A DNA stretch of 44,768 nt from a virus (taxonomy: Duplodnaviria > Caudoviricetes), in IMG/VR virus record IMGVR_UViG_3300037424_000181, positions 1 to 44,768 of that record. One strand, 5' to 3'. Shown here piece by piece: positions 1 through 7,538 of the stretch. The notes under the pieces were generated by a model, which did not search any database, was not told where the DNA came from, and worked only from the letters and a program-made list of their open reading frames with translations. Numbering within the stretch: position 1 is the stretch's first letter; every line of letters begins with the position of its first letter. Position numbers and translations under genes: made by a program.

Positions 1-227
1 TCGGCGCGAATCAAGCCGACATTGAGTGCACTGGCCACACGGTCAAAGTCAGCATCACTCGCCTGGCCGCATTTCAGCAACTCGTAGGCGGTGCGAATCT
101 TGACCATGATCTGGTCGGCGTTCTCTGACGGCTGCTCCTTGTTTCCGGCGATGACGCGAATCCAGGTGGTGAAGTGATCTTGGTTCTGGCGCTTGGCGTG
201 GGCGGCGCGGCGATGTTGAGTTTTCAT
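1..227 (-). CDS. Phage hypothetical protein, running off the window edge (MKTQHRRAHAKRQNQDHFTTWIRVIAG...)
   Basis: Read by hand: ATG at 227, 2 nt after the TAA of the 230-484 gene; open to position 1; not in the ORF track. Confidence 0.6.
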   Translation of the reverse strand, partial: MKTQHRRAAHAKRQNQDHFTTWIRVIAGNKEQPSENADQIMVKIRTAYELLKCGQASDADFDRVASALNVGLIRA

Positions 228-229
228 TT

Positions 230-484
230 TTAATCCTTCGCAACATGCTGACTACAAATGCCACTCTTCTTGACTGCAAACCCACCAATGCCACAGCGGA
301 TGTTCTTTTCATTCCTGTAACTATCGCTAAAGTGCAACCCATACCCATTATTTTCATATTGAATGTTCGAGTCGATCATCCATTGCGGCATAACCATGTC
401 GGACTTTAAGCTGGCACAGTCAGCGCAATTGTGTGCCTTTGGGATGTAATCCTGTGCGGCTTTCGCCTCGCTTTGTTTGCTCAT
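230..484 (-). CDS. Small Cys-containing phage early protein
   Basis: 84 aa ORF co-directional with the early operon; CxxC plus distal Cys residues. Confidence 0.65.
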   Translation of the reverse strand: MSKQSEAKAAQDYIPKAHNCADCASLKSDMVMPQWMIDSNIQYENNGYGLHFSDSYRNEKNIRCGIGGFAVKKSGICSQHVAKD

Positions 485-541
485 GATATTTCTCGTATTT
501 GGTGGGGCTACTGGCTTTCCGTACTTGGCGGCGTTGGGCGG

Positions 542-1480
542 TTAAGCGGCCCGCGCAGACATCGTTCGTTTCTGGAACACACAAACGCCCGGCAGTTCGG
601 TGTTTTCACCCAGGCCACGCACGTAGGCGCGCAACTTGACAGAATCCGCCATCACAAGATTGATCAGTGCCGGATTCGCGGCGATGTGCTTCACCAGCGA
701 AATCATGCTGGTGACCTCGAATTCAAAGGTCGATTTGGAACTGATGCCTTTGGCTTGGCTGATGGGGGTCACCTGTGCCGCTGTGACAACAGCCGATTCC
801 ATGACAAGCGCTGCGCTGGATTCCGATGCGCGGGTTTGAATCTCGACATCACGCTCATTTGCCTGCTGGGCTTCAAGCAATGCGGCTTGCTTAGATGCCT
901 CAGCAGCACGATTGGCTTCTTCCTGTGCGGCTTTGTTGCCGGCGGCGGCGGCTTCTGCTGCAACCCTGGCCAGTTGATCTTGTTCAGCCCTGGCCGCAGC
1001 AGCCACGGCAGCAGCCTTGTCGGCAATGATCTTGCGCTCGGCGGCGGCGGCCAGTTCAACCCGGCGGGCTGCTTCGGCAATGCGCGCGCGCTCGGCGGCG
1101 GCGGCGGCTTCGGCAATGCGCCGTTCCTCAGCGGCCTGGCGGGCCTTGGCATCATCGTAGGCCAGCATGGTTGTCTTCCAGGCAGATTCCGTGCCAGCGA
1201 GGGTTTCAGCCGGTCCGCGAAACAGATCATTGACCGCCTTCAAGGCCTTGTTCATCGGGCCGGTGATGCTGGTACGCATCGCCTCCATGCGATTGATCTT
1301 GCCCTTGACTGATTTCAGTTCTTCGGCGGCCATGGAATAGTCGTCGTCGGTGGAAATCACAAAGGTCTGAGCCATGCGCAGGGCGCTCGATGCGCTGCGC
1401 GTCATCACGGCCATGTCGGGCAGGCTCAAGGCCTGTACTTCGGAGAGCACGCTAGGTTCCTCAATGGTTTCAGTGTTCAC
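542..1480 (-). CDS. Coiled-coil protein of the recombination module (Gp157/DUF1351-like)
   Basis: Ala/Glu/Arg-rich helical middle; C-terminal ...LPGVCVFQK motif; 4-nt overlap with the exonuclease gene. Confidence 0.7.
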   Translation of the reverse strand: MNTETIEEPSVLSEVQALSLPDMAVMTRSASSALRMAQTFVISTDDDYSMAAEELKSVKGKINRMEAMRTSITGPMNKALKAVNDLFRGPAETLAGTESAWKTTMLAYDDAKARQAAEERRIAEAAAAAERARIAEAARRVELAAAAERKIIADKAAAVAAAARAEQDQLARVAAEAAAAGNKAAQEEANRAAEASKQAALLEAQQANERDVEIQTRASESSAALVMESAVVTAAQVTPISQAKGISSKSTFEFEVTSMISLVKHIAANPALINLVMADSVKLRAYVRGLGENTELPGVCVFQKRTMSARAA

Positions 1481-2091
1481 AATGAATGCCTTTCTTTGAA
1501 GCGCTGAATCGTCAGCAGAGATAAAAAAACAGAGAAATCAGATGGGTCTTTGAATTCCCAAAGTTTGTAGTCACCATCCGGGAAAAGTTGCAGGGCACCG
1601 CGGCGGACGGTATTGGTTCCATTCAAGGAATCAGCCTTGATCATTTCTGAATAAGCGGCGGTCTGGATGCCCACAATCGGGCTCATGGCCACGGTTGATT
1701 TCAGGTCGATGTCCCAAAGTTCGCCGCGCAGCGCGTAGCGCCGATCAATCGTCCCGGCGTAGCGATGCGTCGGGTGATAGAGTTGCTGTTCGTTGAAGAT
1801 CACGACCGGCTTCTTTTCGGCCATGAACTTCTTGTACCCGGCCAGGTAGCCAGAGATCGGCTCCAGCGCGGCGCGGCCATCTTCGCTTTCTTCGTCCAGG
1901 TCATCGTCGTCCAGCAGTTCGCAAGCCCGGTGCACGGAGGTTCCAAGCGCTGCCTTGGCATGCAAGACCGCCCTTGGTATTCCGTCAAAGGAATAGAGCG
2001 GTTTCAAAACCTGTGTGACGCTGGGCACCCGCACGCCGTCAAGCGTGTAGATGTGCGTTGCGTCGTCGAAGACAAGGTTCATAGCGTGCAT
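1477..2091 (-). CDS. PD-(D/E)XK phage exonuclease
   Basis: Motifs H.YTLDG...PSVTQVL, GTSVH, YAGTID, IDLKST, QTAAY. Confidence 0.85.
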   Translation of the reverse strand: MHAMNLVFDDATHIYTLDGVRVPSVTQVLKPLYSFDGIPRAVLHAKAALGTSVHRACELLDDDDLDEESEDGRAALEPISGYLAGYKKFMAEKKPVVIFNEQQLYHPTHRYAGTIDRRYALRGELWDIDLKSTVAMSPIVGIQTAAYSEMIKADSLNGTNTVRRGALQLFPDGDYKLWEFKDPSDFSVFLSLLTIQRFKERHSL

Positions 2092-2576
2092 CCTGGGTGC
2101 AGGTTGCGCTTCGCAACTACATAGGCCTCATGCGCTTGCTCGGCTGTGTCGAAATATCCGATAAAGTGCCTCTTGCCGTCAGCTTGTATCTGTGCAACGA
2201 ACTTGCCGATTCGTGCGTAAAAACTGGCACCCAAGAGTCCCGTCGAACGGTTGTGCCGCGCTGCCTTCCGCTGGTTCTGCACATTGACTTGATTGGTCAC
2301 GTCGCGCAAATTTCCCCAGCGATTGTTTAGGCCGTCGCCATCTTGATGATCGACAACTCCAGAGGGCCACTCGCCAGTCATGTAAAGCCAAGCTAGGCGA
2401 TTCGATTGGTACCTTGTGCCCTCTATGCTGATGGTCAAGTGCCCCTTTGCGACTGAGCCCGCGATTGAACCAACTGCGATCCGGCGTGCGGGCTTCTCCC
2501 GCCACAGAAATAAGCCGGTCTCAGGTATGTAGTCAATGATGTGGCGCAAGCGTTGTACGCTGATCGGTTGCATCAT
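2079..2576 (-). CDS. HNH endonuclease with C-terminal AP2 DNA-binding domain
   Basis: RLAWLYMTGEWP, VVDHQDGDGLNNRWGNLR (HNH_3); KFVAQIQADGKRHFIGYFDTAEQAHEAY (AP2). Confidence 0.92.
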   Translation of the reverse strand: MMQPISVQRLRHIIDYIPETGLFLWREKPARRIAVGSIAGSVAKGHLTISIEGTRYQSNRLAWLYMTGEWPSGVVDHQDGDGLNNRWGNLRDVTNQVNVQNQRKAARHNRSTGLLGASFYARIGKFVAQIQADGKRHFIGYFDTAEQAHEAYVVAKRNLHPGCTL

Positions 2577-3676
2577 GACACCGCCAGCAGTTCGGCCTTG
2601 ATCTTGTCAAACTGATCTACCGTCATCGTTGTATCGATCACCGCTACGCCGATGCGGTCAAACATCGCCTTCACAGCATCGTCTGGAAGCTCAATAGCTG
2701 CAATCTTCTGAATCAGGTACTTGCACTGGCCCGCATTGATCGTCTCGCCGTCCGTGGTGGCCGTGCGTGCCGGTGCGGCGGTTTTCTTGATCTCGCCTGT
2801 GCCGGCATCAACGGGTCCGCACGGGGACTGCTCTGCTTGTTTCTGCTCCTTGATGATTTCGGCATCGACCACCGATCCATTGCTTGCTTCCTGCGCAGCT
2901 TTGGCGGCCGACTTGCTTTGCGGCTGTTTCATGGCGGGCGTCTCGCTCACCGGGTCCGGTGCATAGCTGCCGTCTGGCTGCTGGGTGACGGTGATTATGT
3001 CGGCGGTTTCCTCGGCGCTTGGCAGGCCCATCAACAACTCGGGCGCGTAGATGCGACCGAAGAATGCCGCAGAGCGGTAGCGCAGCATCAGGTCGGGCAT
3101 GGACTGCCACTTGCTTCCGTTCTTTCCGTACCAACCCTCATTGACCGCCATTTCCATGGAAACCATGGGCGACTCCAGGCGGGTGTTGGTTGACAGCTCG
3201 ACCGCCCAGGCAATGCATGTTGCATTCCTGACGCGAACCTTGGCGACTTTTGCCACTTTCTTCCGCTCAATCCACTCGAACGTGGTGTGAGTGGCGTCGA
3301 TTTCATCGCCCTGTTTGATGTCAAATCGAAGCGGCGAGTAGCGACCGCAGGAATTGATGGCAGCAATGATGAACTGGCTGGACCAGCTTGGCCGGCCTTC
3401 AATGACGTGCAAATTCTGCATGATCATTAGCGGGTCCGCATTCATGCGCTGGCTCATGTTCAGTGCAATCATGCAGTTTGGCAACGCAGAAGGGTTTACC
3501 TCCCACTTCTTGTTCTCGCCGTAGCCGACTTCGACCATCGAGCGATATGCGGTGGGGACCATGCTGCTTTCAGTGAACATTTTTGCAGTGCGCTGCATAA
3601 ATTCAAAAGACTGCAGGCTGCCAAAGCCCATCGTGACGATGGCATTTTGTTCTTGGGTTGTGGGTAAGTTGCTCAT
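2573..3676 (-). CDS. RecT-like single-strand annealing protein
   Basis: DPLMIMQNLHVIEGRPSWSSQF and KWQSMPDLMLRYRSAAFFGRIYAPELLMG motifs; adjacent to the exonuclease. Confidence 0.82.
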   Translation of the reverse strand: MSNLPTTQEQNAIVTMGFGSLQSFEFMQRTAKMFTESSMVPTAYRSMVEVGYGENKKWEVNPSALPNCMIALNMSQRMNADPLMIMQNLHVIEGRPSWSSQFIIAAINSCGRYSPLRFDIKQGDEIDATHTTFEWIERKKVAKVAKVRVRNATCIAWAVELSTNTRLESPMVSMEMAVNEGWYGKNGSKWQSMPDLMLRYRSAAFFGRIYAPELLMGLPSAEETADIITVTQQPDGSYAPDPVSETPAMKQPQSKSAAKAAQEASNGSVVDAEIIKEQKQAEQSPCGPVDAGTGEIKKTAAPARTATTDGETINAGQCKYLIQKIAAIELPDDAVKAMFDRIGVAVIDTTMTVDQFDKIKAELLAVS

Positions 3677-3683
3677 GATGTTC

Positions 3684-3953
3684 TCAGTTGAAAATTTGTT
3701 GAAATAAGTAAATAGCGCCGGTCACAATCACCGCCGTGCTGCACAAGCCCATGACCAAAGCAAGACCCCAAACCAATGCCATTTCAGCGCCGCTACATGG
3801 CTCGATGTAGTCGAGTTGATTCAGCCTGAAATTCCCAGCATCAGAGCCTTGTTTGCAGGCTTTTACTCTCGTTACCTTTGCTGCACAGTCCTGCGCTGGT
3901 GTGGAGCAAGTGCAGTCACGGCCTTGGTTGCAAATGTGAGTACAGCCGCTCAT
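3684..3953 (-). CDS. Small membrane protein with N-terminal CxxxCNQGRxCxC motif
   Basis: ATG at 3953 overlaps the upstream stop (ATGA); C-terminal hydrophobic helix. Confidence 0.65.
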   Translation of the reverse strand: MSGCTHICNQGRDCTCSTPAQDCAAKVTRVKACKQGSDAGNFRLNQLDYIEPCSGAEMALVWGLALVMGLCSTAVIVTGAIYLFQQIFN

Positions 3954-4138
3954 AGCCACATCCAAACGCGACCAACAAGGCGCAATAGTGGACTATCTGG
4001 CTTGGTTGTACGCTCATCAAGCAAAGCCGTTTGCAGCGTCAACGCATAGCCTTCAATACGCGGCATAGCTGGCGTATAGCGAAGTCCGATCTGCACAGCG
4101 CCAGCCGTAGCAGTGCGGGGCGTGGTGTAGGGAGTCAT
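3950..4138 (-). CDS. Hypothetical phage protein (62 aa)
   Basis: ATGA-coupled on both sides. Confidence 0.65.
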   Translation of the reverse strand: MTPYTTPRTATAGAVQIGLRYTPAMPRIEGYALTLQTALLDERTTKPDSPLLRLVGRVWMWL

Positions 4139-4443
4139 GATTTCACCGCCTTGGCAATAACTGCACGAGCAGAGTCAACTGCTTCTTGCAAAACAGCTAG
4201 TTGCGCTTCGTGCTTGAAAGCAGTCAATCCGACGATGCAAATAAGCTTATCAAGTGCCTCAAGCAACTCAGGTGCAGCGGCTATCAGGATGGCGTTGGCA
4301 TGGAACTCTTGCACTTTCTTGCTATGTGGGTTTCGTGCGCAAAGTACGGTTGATTCATGACATTCAGGCATGTCGTGAATTTCAAACCCTCCACCTTTCA
4401 AATTGCAGGCACTCCACGGCCCAGGTGTATGCGAGGCGCTCAT
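4135..4443 (-). CDS. Conserved phage protein (HTPGPW...NAILIAAAPELLEAL family)
   Basis: Widespread phage motif pair; start at 4443 by ATGA coupling. Confidence 0.8.
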   Translation of the reverse strand: MSASHTPGPWSACNLKGGGFEIHDMPECHESTVLCARNPHSKKVQEFHANAILIAAAPELLEALDKLICIVGLTAFKHEAQLAVLQEAVDSARAVIAKAVKS

Positions 4444-4535
4444 GCTGCAATCAACCCAGTAAAGCCGCGCCACGGGCAGTTAGATCGCGTGTGGCCATCG
4501 CCACCGCACAGGGTGCAACTGTTGTATGAGTTCAT
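4440..4535 (-). CDS. 31-aa CCHC zinc-knuckle microprotein MNSYNSCTLCGGDGHTRSNCPWRGFTGLIAA
   Basis: Read by hand; exact CX2CX4HX4C; ATGA overlaps with both neighbours. Confidence 0.75.
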   Translation of the reverse strand: MNSYNSCTLCGGDGHTRSNCPWRGFTGLIAA

Positions 4536-5566
4536 GCTGGAACCTCAATAAACTCACCGTTTTCGTTAAGCGTGTAAAACACATTGGGCTTGATGCCGTC
4601 TCTACCGACGATGGCAGCCTTTGCGTGAACGATGTTGTAGTCGTCATCACGAAATACAAGGAAGAGAGCGTTTCCCTCGATACCTGCGGCGCGGCCTTCA
4701 TCGCCCGTGGCCGATGCAGCACCCTGATAGCCCGTGGCGCTGGCTGCACCCCGAGTGCCCGTGGCGCTGGCTGCACCCTGATAGCCCGTGGCGCTGGCTG
4801 CACCCCGAGTGCCCGTGGCGCTGGCTGCACCCTGATAGCCCGTGGCGCTGGCTGCACCCTGATCGCCCGTGGCCGATGCTGCACCCCGAGTGCCCGTGGC
4901 GCTGGCTGCACCCTGATCGCCCGTGGCCGATGCAGCACCCTGATAGCCCGTGGCGCTGGCTGCACCCTGATCGCCCGTGGCCGATGCTGCACCCTGAGTG
5001 CCCGTGGCGCTGGCTGCACCCTGATCGCCCGTGGCGCTGGCTGCACCCTGATCGCCCGTGGCGCTGGCTGCACCCCGAGTGCCCGTGGCGCTGGCTGCAC
5101 CCTGATCGCCCGTGGCGCTGGCTGCACCCTGATCGCCCGTGGCCGATGCTGCACCCTGAGTGCCCGTGGCTGACGCAGGAGACGCTGGGTCTACTGGCTT
5201 GCAGCGGCTGGTCGTGTATTCAATCGCCGCTTTCACTATCCCGGCGAAATTTATCTCGGCTTTGATGGTGATCTTGCTGCTTGCGACTTTGCTATCACCT
5301 TCATGTCGGCTCAATTCACCAGACTGCTCGACCAATGCAAATCGGTTACTGGCAGGCTCGTAATAATTGAAAACGTCAAGCGGATATTCGCAGGCATGAA
5401 AGCCTGATTCGCAAGCCTTCACTTTTCCCTGGTGCTTATAAGTCTGCCCAATGGCGAACTGATACCCACGGCATTGCATGTTGGCATCAAACCCCTTGTA
5501 AGCCACGATGACTGGCGTAGCTACTACTGCTACATCGACCGCTTTAACATTCTTTTTCGTTGCCAT
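4532..5566 (-). CDS. Phage protein with conserved N-terminal domain (YKGFD..MQCRGYQF...GFHACEYPLDVFNYY; DUF7666-like) and 18 nonapeptide repeats
   Basis: 344 aa ORF; (GAASATGxx) repeats; coupled to its neighbours. Confidence 0.85.
   Translation of the reverse strand: MATKKNVKAVDVAVVATPVIVAYKGFDANMQCRGYQFAIGQTYKHQGKVKACESGFHACEYPLDVFNYYEPASNRFALVEQSGELSRHEGDSKVASSKITIKAEINFAGIVKAAIEYTTSRCKPVDPASPASATGTQGAASATGDQGAASATGDQGAASATGTRGAASATGDQGAASATGDQGAASATGTQGAASATGDQGAASATGYQGAASATGDQGAASATGTRGAASATGDQGAASATGYQGAASATGTRGAASATGYQGAASATGTRGAASATGYQGAASATGDEGRAAGIEGNALFLVFRDDDYNIVHAKAAIVGRDGIKPNVFYTLNENGEFIEVPA
4692..5178. repeat. Tandem 27-bp coding repeat, 18 units, encoding AASATG[DQ/TR/YQ/TQ/DE]G
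   Basis: Direct repeats such as gcccgtggcgctggctgcaccctgatc; boundaries approximate. Confidence 0.95.
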
Positions 5567-5568
5567 GC

Positions 5569-5850
5569 TTAAACCTTGTTTTGAGTGGAAACCTGCAGCG
5601 CCAGAGCCGCGCGGTCATTGGACTGGTGCCAGGCAGCATTTGTCAGCGCCTCATGGGCCTTCACTTCGGCATTCATGGCCGACGCGATCAGATACCGAGC
5701 CATGGTCCGCGCTTTTTCGGGTGTCATGTCGTGCTGCATGCGGAGCCCACCGGCCTGAGAAACAACGCTGACAAATGGCATCTCTTGATAGACACACGAT
5801 GTCATCTCAAGCACGCTTGCACCGGTGAAATTTTCAACTGTGTACTTCAT
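5569..5850 (-). CDS. Hypothetical phage protein (93 aa)
   Basis: Fits the operon; ATGA coupling with the upstream gene. Confidence 0.65.
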   Translation of the reverse strand: MKYTVENFTGASVLEMTSCVYQEMPFVSVVSQAGGLRMQHDMTPEKARTMARYLIASAMNAEVKAHEALTNAAWHQSNDRAALALQVSTQNKV

Positions 5851-6077
5851 ACCGCTTCTCCCATTCCCGAATAGCGCATGAAGGCGCGCACGATGTCAAA
5901 TATCCCGCTCGTGCCCTGCGCTTGCCCGATTGATCTGCGGTCCTCGCAGACCCTGACAATGCAGGTTTCTTTGTCGTCCACGACAACAGCAAAAAAAACA
6001 TCCTTGCCGTTGATGGTGATGGCGCGCCGGGTTTCGTTGTCTTGGACAACTGGCGGGTGGACGATGATGGCGTTCAC
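5847..6077 (-). CDS. Hypothetical phage protein (76 aa, GTG start)
   Basis: GTGA overlap with the upstream microprotein stop; C-terminal part of track ORF 5847-6341. Confidence 0.6.
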   Translation of the reverse strand: MNAIIVHPPVVQDNETRRAITINGKDVFFAVVVDDKETCIVRVCEDRRSIGQAQGTSGIFDIVRAFMRYSGMGEAV

Positions 6078-6190
6078 GATATCGCCCCGCTGAGTAGCTT
6101 CAAAGCCGGGATCAAGACCGGGGCGAGTGCCCAGTACAGGCCGCCGAACACCATTGAAATCATGGCGATGGCGATGATCAGTTCTTTCAT
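6074..6190 (-). CDS. 38-aa single-pass membrane microprotein
   Basis: MKELIIAIAMISMVFGGLYWALAPVLIPALKLLSGAIS; GGAG RBS upstream. Confidence 0.65.
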   Translation of the reverse strand: MKELIIAIAMISMVFGGLYWALAPVLIPALKLLSGAIS

Positions 6191-6291
6191 GATTTGTCTC
6201 CCATTTGGTAAGCAATGGCGCCGAACAACAGTGGCACGGCCACCGATGCAAGGGCGTAGGAAAACAGGCAAAGTGTGAGCATGGTGGCCTC

Positions 6292-6507
6292 CTAGTGAAC
6301 AAGGTGCTTGAAACCAGGAGCCAGAAACACCGTCTCGCCATCGGCGCTGATGTTGTCTGCGATGTGATTCACCACGTTGCTGCCGCGCCAGGCCTTGGAG
6401 TCGCGGCCGGTCATGCGAAGTACCGGGGCGGCGGCATGGTGAACTCCGATTTGTGCATACCAGTCGGCGAGGATCTCGCGACGATGGGCCGGGGTCATGG
6501 TTAGCAT
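6292..6507 (-). CDS. First gene of the PL operon, hypothetical (71 aa)
   Basis: GGAG RBS before ATG 6507. Confidence 0.55.
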   Translation of the reverse strand: MLTMTPAHRREILADWYAQIGVHHAAAPVLRMTGRDSKAWRGSNVVNHIADNISADGETVFLAPGFKHLVH

Positions 6508-6532
6508 CTTGTTCTCCATCTGGTTGAGGAAC

Positions 6533-6656
6533 AGAGCGATTGGGTGAAGTGGCTGGGCTGCGTTCAACTTTCAAGCTACACCGGCTGATGCCTATCGCTA
6601 CTGGACGGTTTCGAGCCGCCATATCCCGCCATGCAACCACTTCATTCAATCGCTCT
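6533..6656 (-). ncRNA. Long-stem RNA structure in the PL leader (23-bp near-perfect closing stem)
   Basis: 6533-6555 is complementary to 6634-6656, with 2 A-C mismatches and 1 G-U pair on the minus strand. Confidence 0.5.
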
Positions 6657-6657
6657 C

Positions 6658-6815
6658 AGAGCGTAGATAGGTGTGGGCTGGGCTTGATTCCAGCTTGCCT
6701 CCCGAGAACCTGCCAGCTAAGCAGCCACTCGTCTGTTGGCATAACAACGTCTGTGCCCTAGAAACATGAACCGTTGTTGTGTGTCCATCCACACCGCCAC
6801 ACCTATCTACGCTCT
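6658..6815 (-). ncRNA. tRNA-like structured RNA closed by a perfect 19-bp stem
   Basis: Perfect inverted repeat 6658-6676/6797-6815; D-arm-like GTGT-GGATGG-ACAC and T-arm-like GCTGG-AATCAAGC-CCAGC in tRNA spacing. Confidence 0.6.
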
Positions 6816-6926
6816 ACTTTCCACACCAAAACCGCATCAGTCATAAGACCTAAACCCCTTGCGCATCCTGTCGGTTCGCCGCGTATCGCTCGGCTGGGTT
6901 GTTTCGCTTTTTGAGTGCGTGCATGC

Positions 6927-6955
6927 AGTCTAGCAAACAAGTTTGCATAACGCAA
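6927..6955 (-). promoter_or_regulatory. PL promoter TTGCGT-N17-TAGACT
   Basis: Sigma70-like hexamers with a 17-nt spacer containing an operator. Confidence 0.7.
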
Positions 6956-6977
6956 GATATTTCGCAAGAAAGTTTGC
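6933..6977. promoter_or_regulatory. OL operators: GCAAACAAGTTTGC (6933-6946), GCAAGAAAGTTTGC (6964-6977), degenerate GCAAGATATTTCGC (6952-6965)
   Basis: 14-bp GCAA-N6-TTGC palindromes matching the OR sites. Confidence 0.8.
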
Positions 6978-7118
6978 AAACAGTTAAAAATATTTTTTAC
7001 CGAGGCATACGAAAGTGTAAGAGTCCACCGGAAAACATCAACCATTGATATATGTCAAATGCCTGGTTTTTGGAACTAACAAAAATCATTGCTCAAAAGC
7101 TCAAAAATAAGTAGGGAG

Positions 7119-7538
7119 ATGGATGTGGAGTTACGCCAGAAAATCAGCCTGAGCACGGCGACTGTTCATGTCGGCGCCGAAATGGGGGTGTTCAAATTCC
7201 GGGCCATGGGGTTGCTGACGGTCGGAACCATGCGCCAGTTACAGGCGAATCTGGCGGACCAATGGCGCTGTTACCCGGTCATCATGGCTGACATGACGGG
7301 CGCAACGATTGCTTATCGGCCGAATGATCCGTGGCTGGACTACAGCATTCAGACGCTGTGTGCCGTATTGGTTCGACCGGATCAGGTCAATCCCATGCGC
7401 GCCATCGCCGCTAACCGGGGCCGGGCAGGATGTTTACGCCGGGTATTTACCGATGAGATGGCGTGTGAATCGTGGGCGTTTCGGCAGGCTGCTTTGATTC
7501 GGGATGAGTCTTTGTGGATCGAACCCTGGGCCGCCTAG
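7119..7538 (+). CDS. Accessory immunity-region protein, possibly STAS/SpoIIAA-like fold
   Basis: GGGAG RBS (start ATG 7119 or GTG 7125); pattern ...VIMADMT...AVLV...RVFTDEMACESWA; located between OL and cI. Confidence 0.5.
   Translation: MDVELRQKISLSTATVHVGAEMGVFKFRAMGLLTVGTMRQLQANLADQWRCYPVIMADMTGATIAYRPNDPWLDYSIQTLCAVLVRPDQVNPMRAIAANRGRAGCLRRVFTDEMACESWAFRQAALIRDESLWIEPWAA

Noticed and set aside
431-1312. Long antisense ORFs here and opposite other genes (e.g. 14741-15565, 22430-23461, 24231-25253, 25857-26708)
   Set aside because: Antisense shadows of GC-rich coding genes with no motifs or RBS
1477-2091. Cas4 or defence nuclease
   Set aside because: No four-Cys Fe-S motif; context beside RecT indicates a recombination exonuclease
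4692-5178. 27-bp repeat array as a CRISPR array
   Set aside because: Units are contiguous with no unique spacers, are a multiple of 3, lie in frame in a coding gene, and no cas genes are present
4480-5265. Alternative-frame repeat ORFs (4480-5154 -, 4526-5173 +, 4621-5265 +)
   Set aside because: Shadows of the stop-free tandem repeat; only 4532-5566 has conserved flanking domains
6658-6815. Canonical tRNA gene or c4 antisense RNA
   Set aside because: No 7-nt anticodon loop on a 5-bp stem, no TTC T-loop or CCA end; does not match the c4/P4 CI pattern as I recall it; kept as an unnamed tRNA-like element
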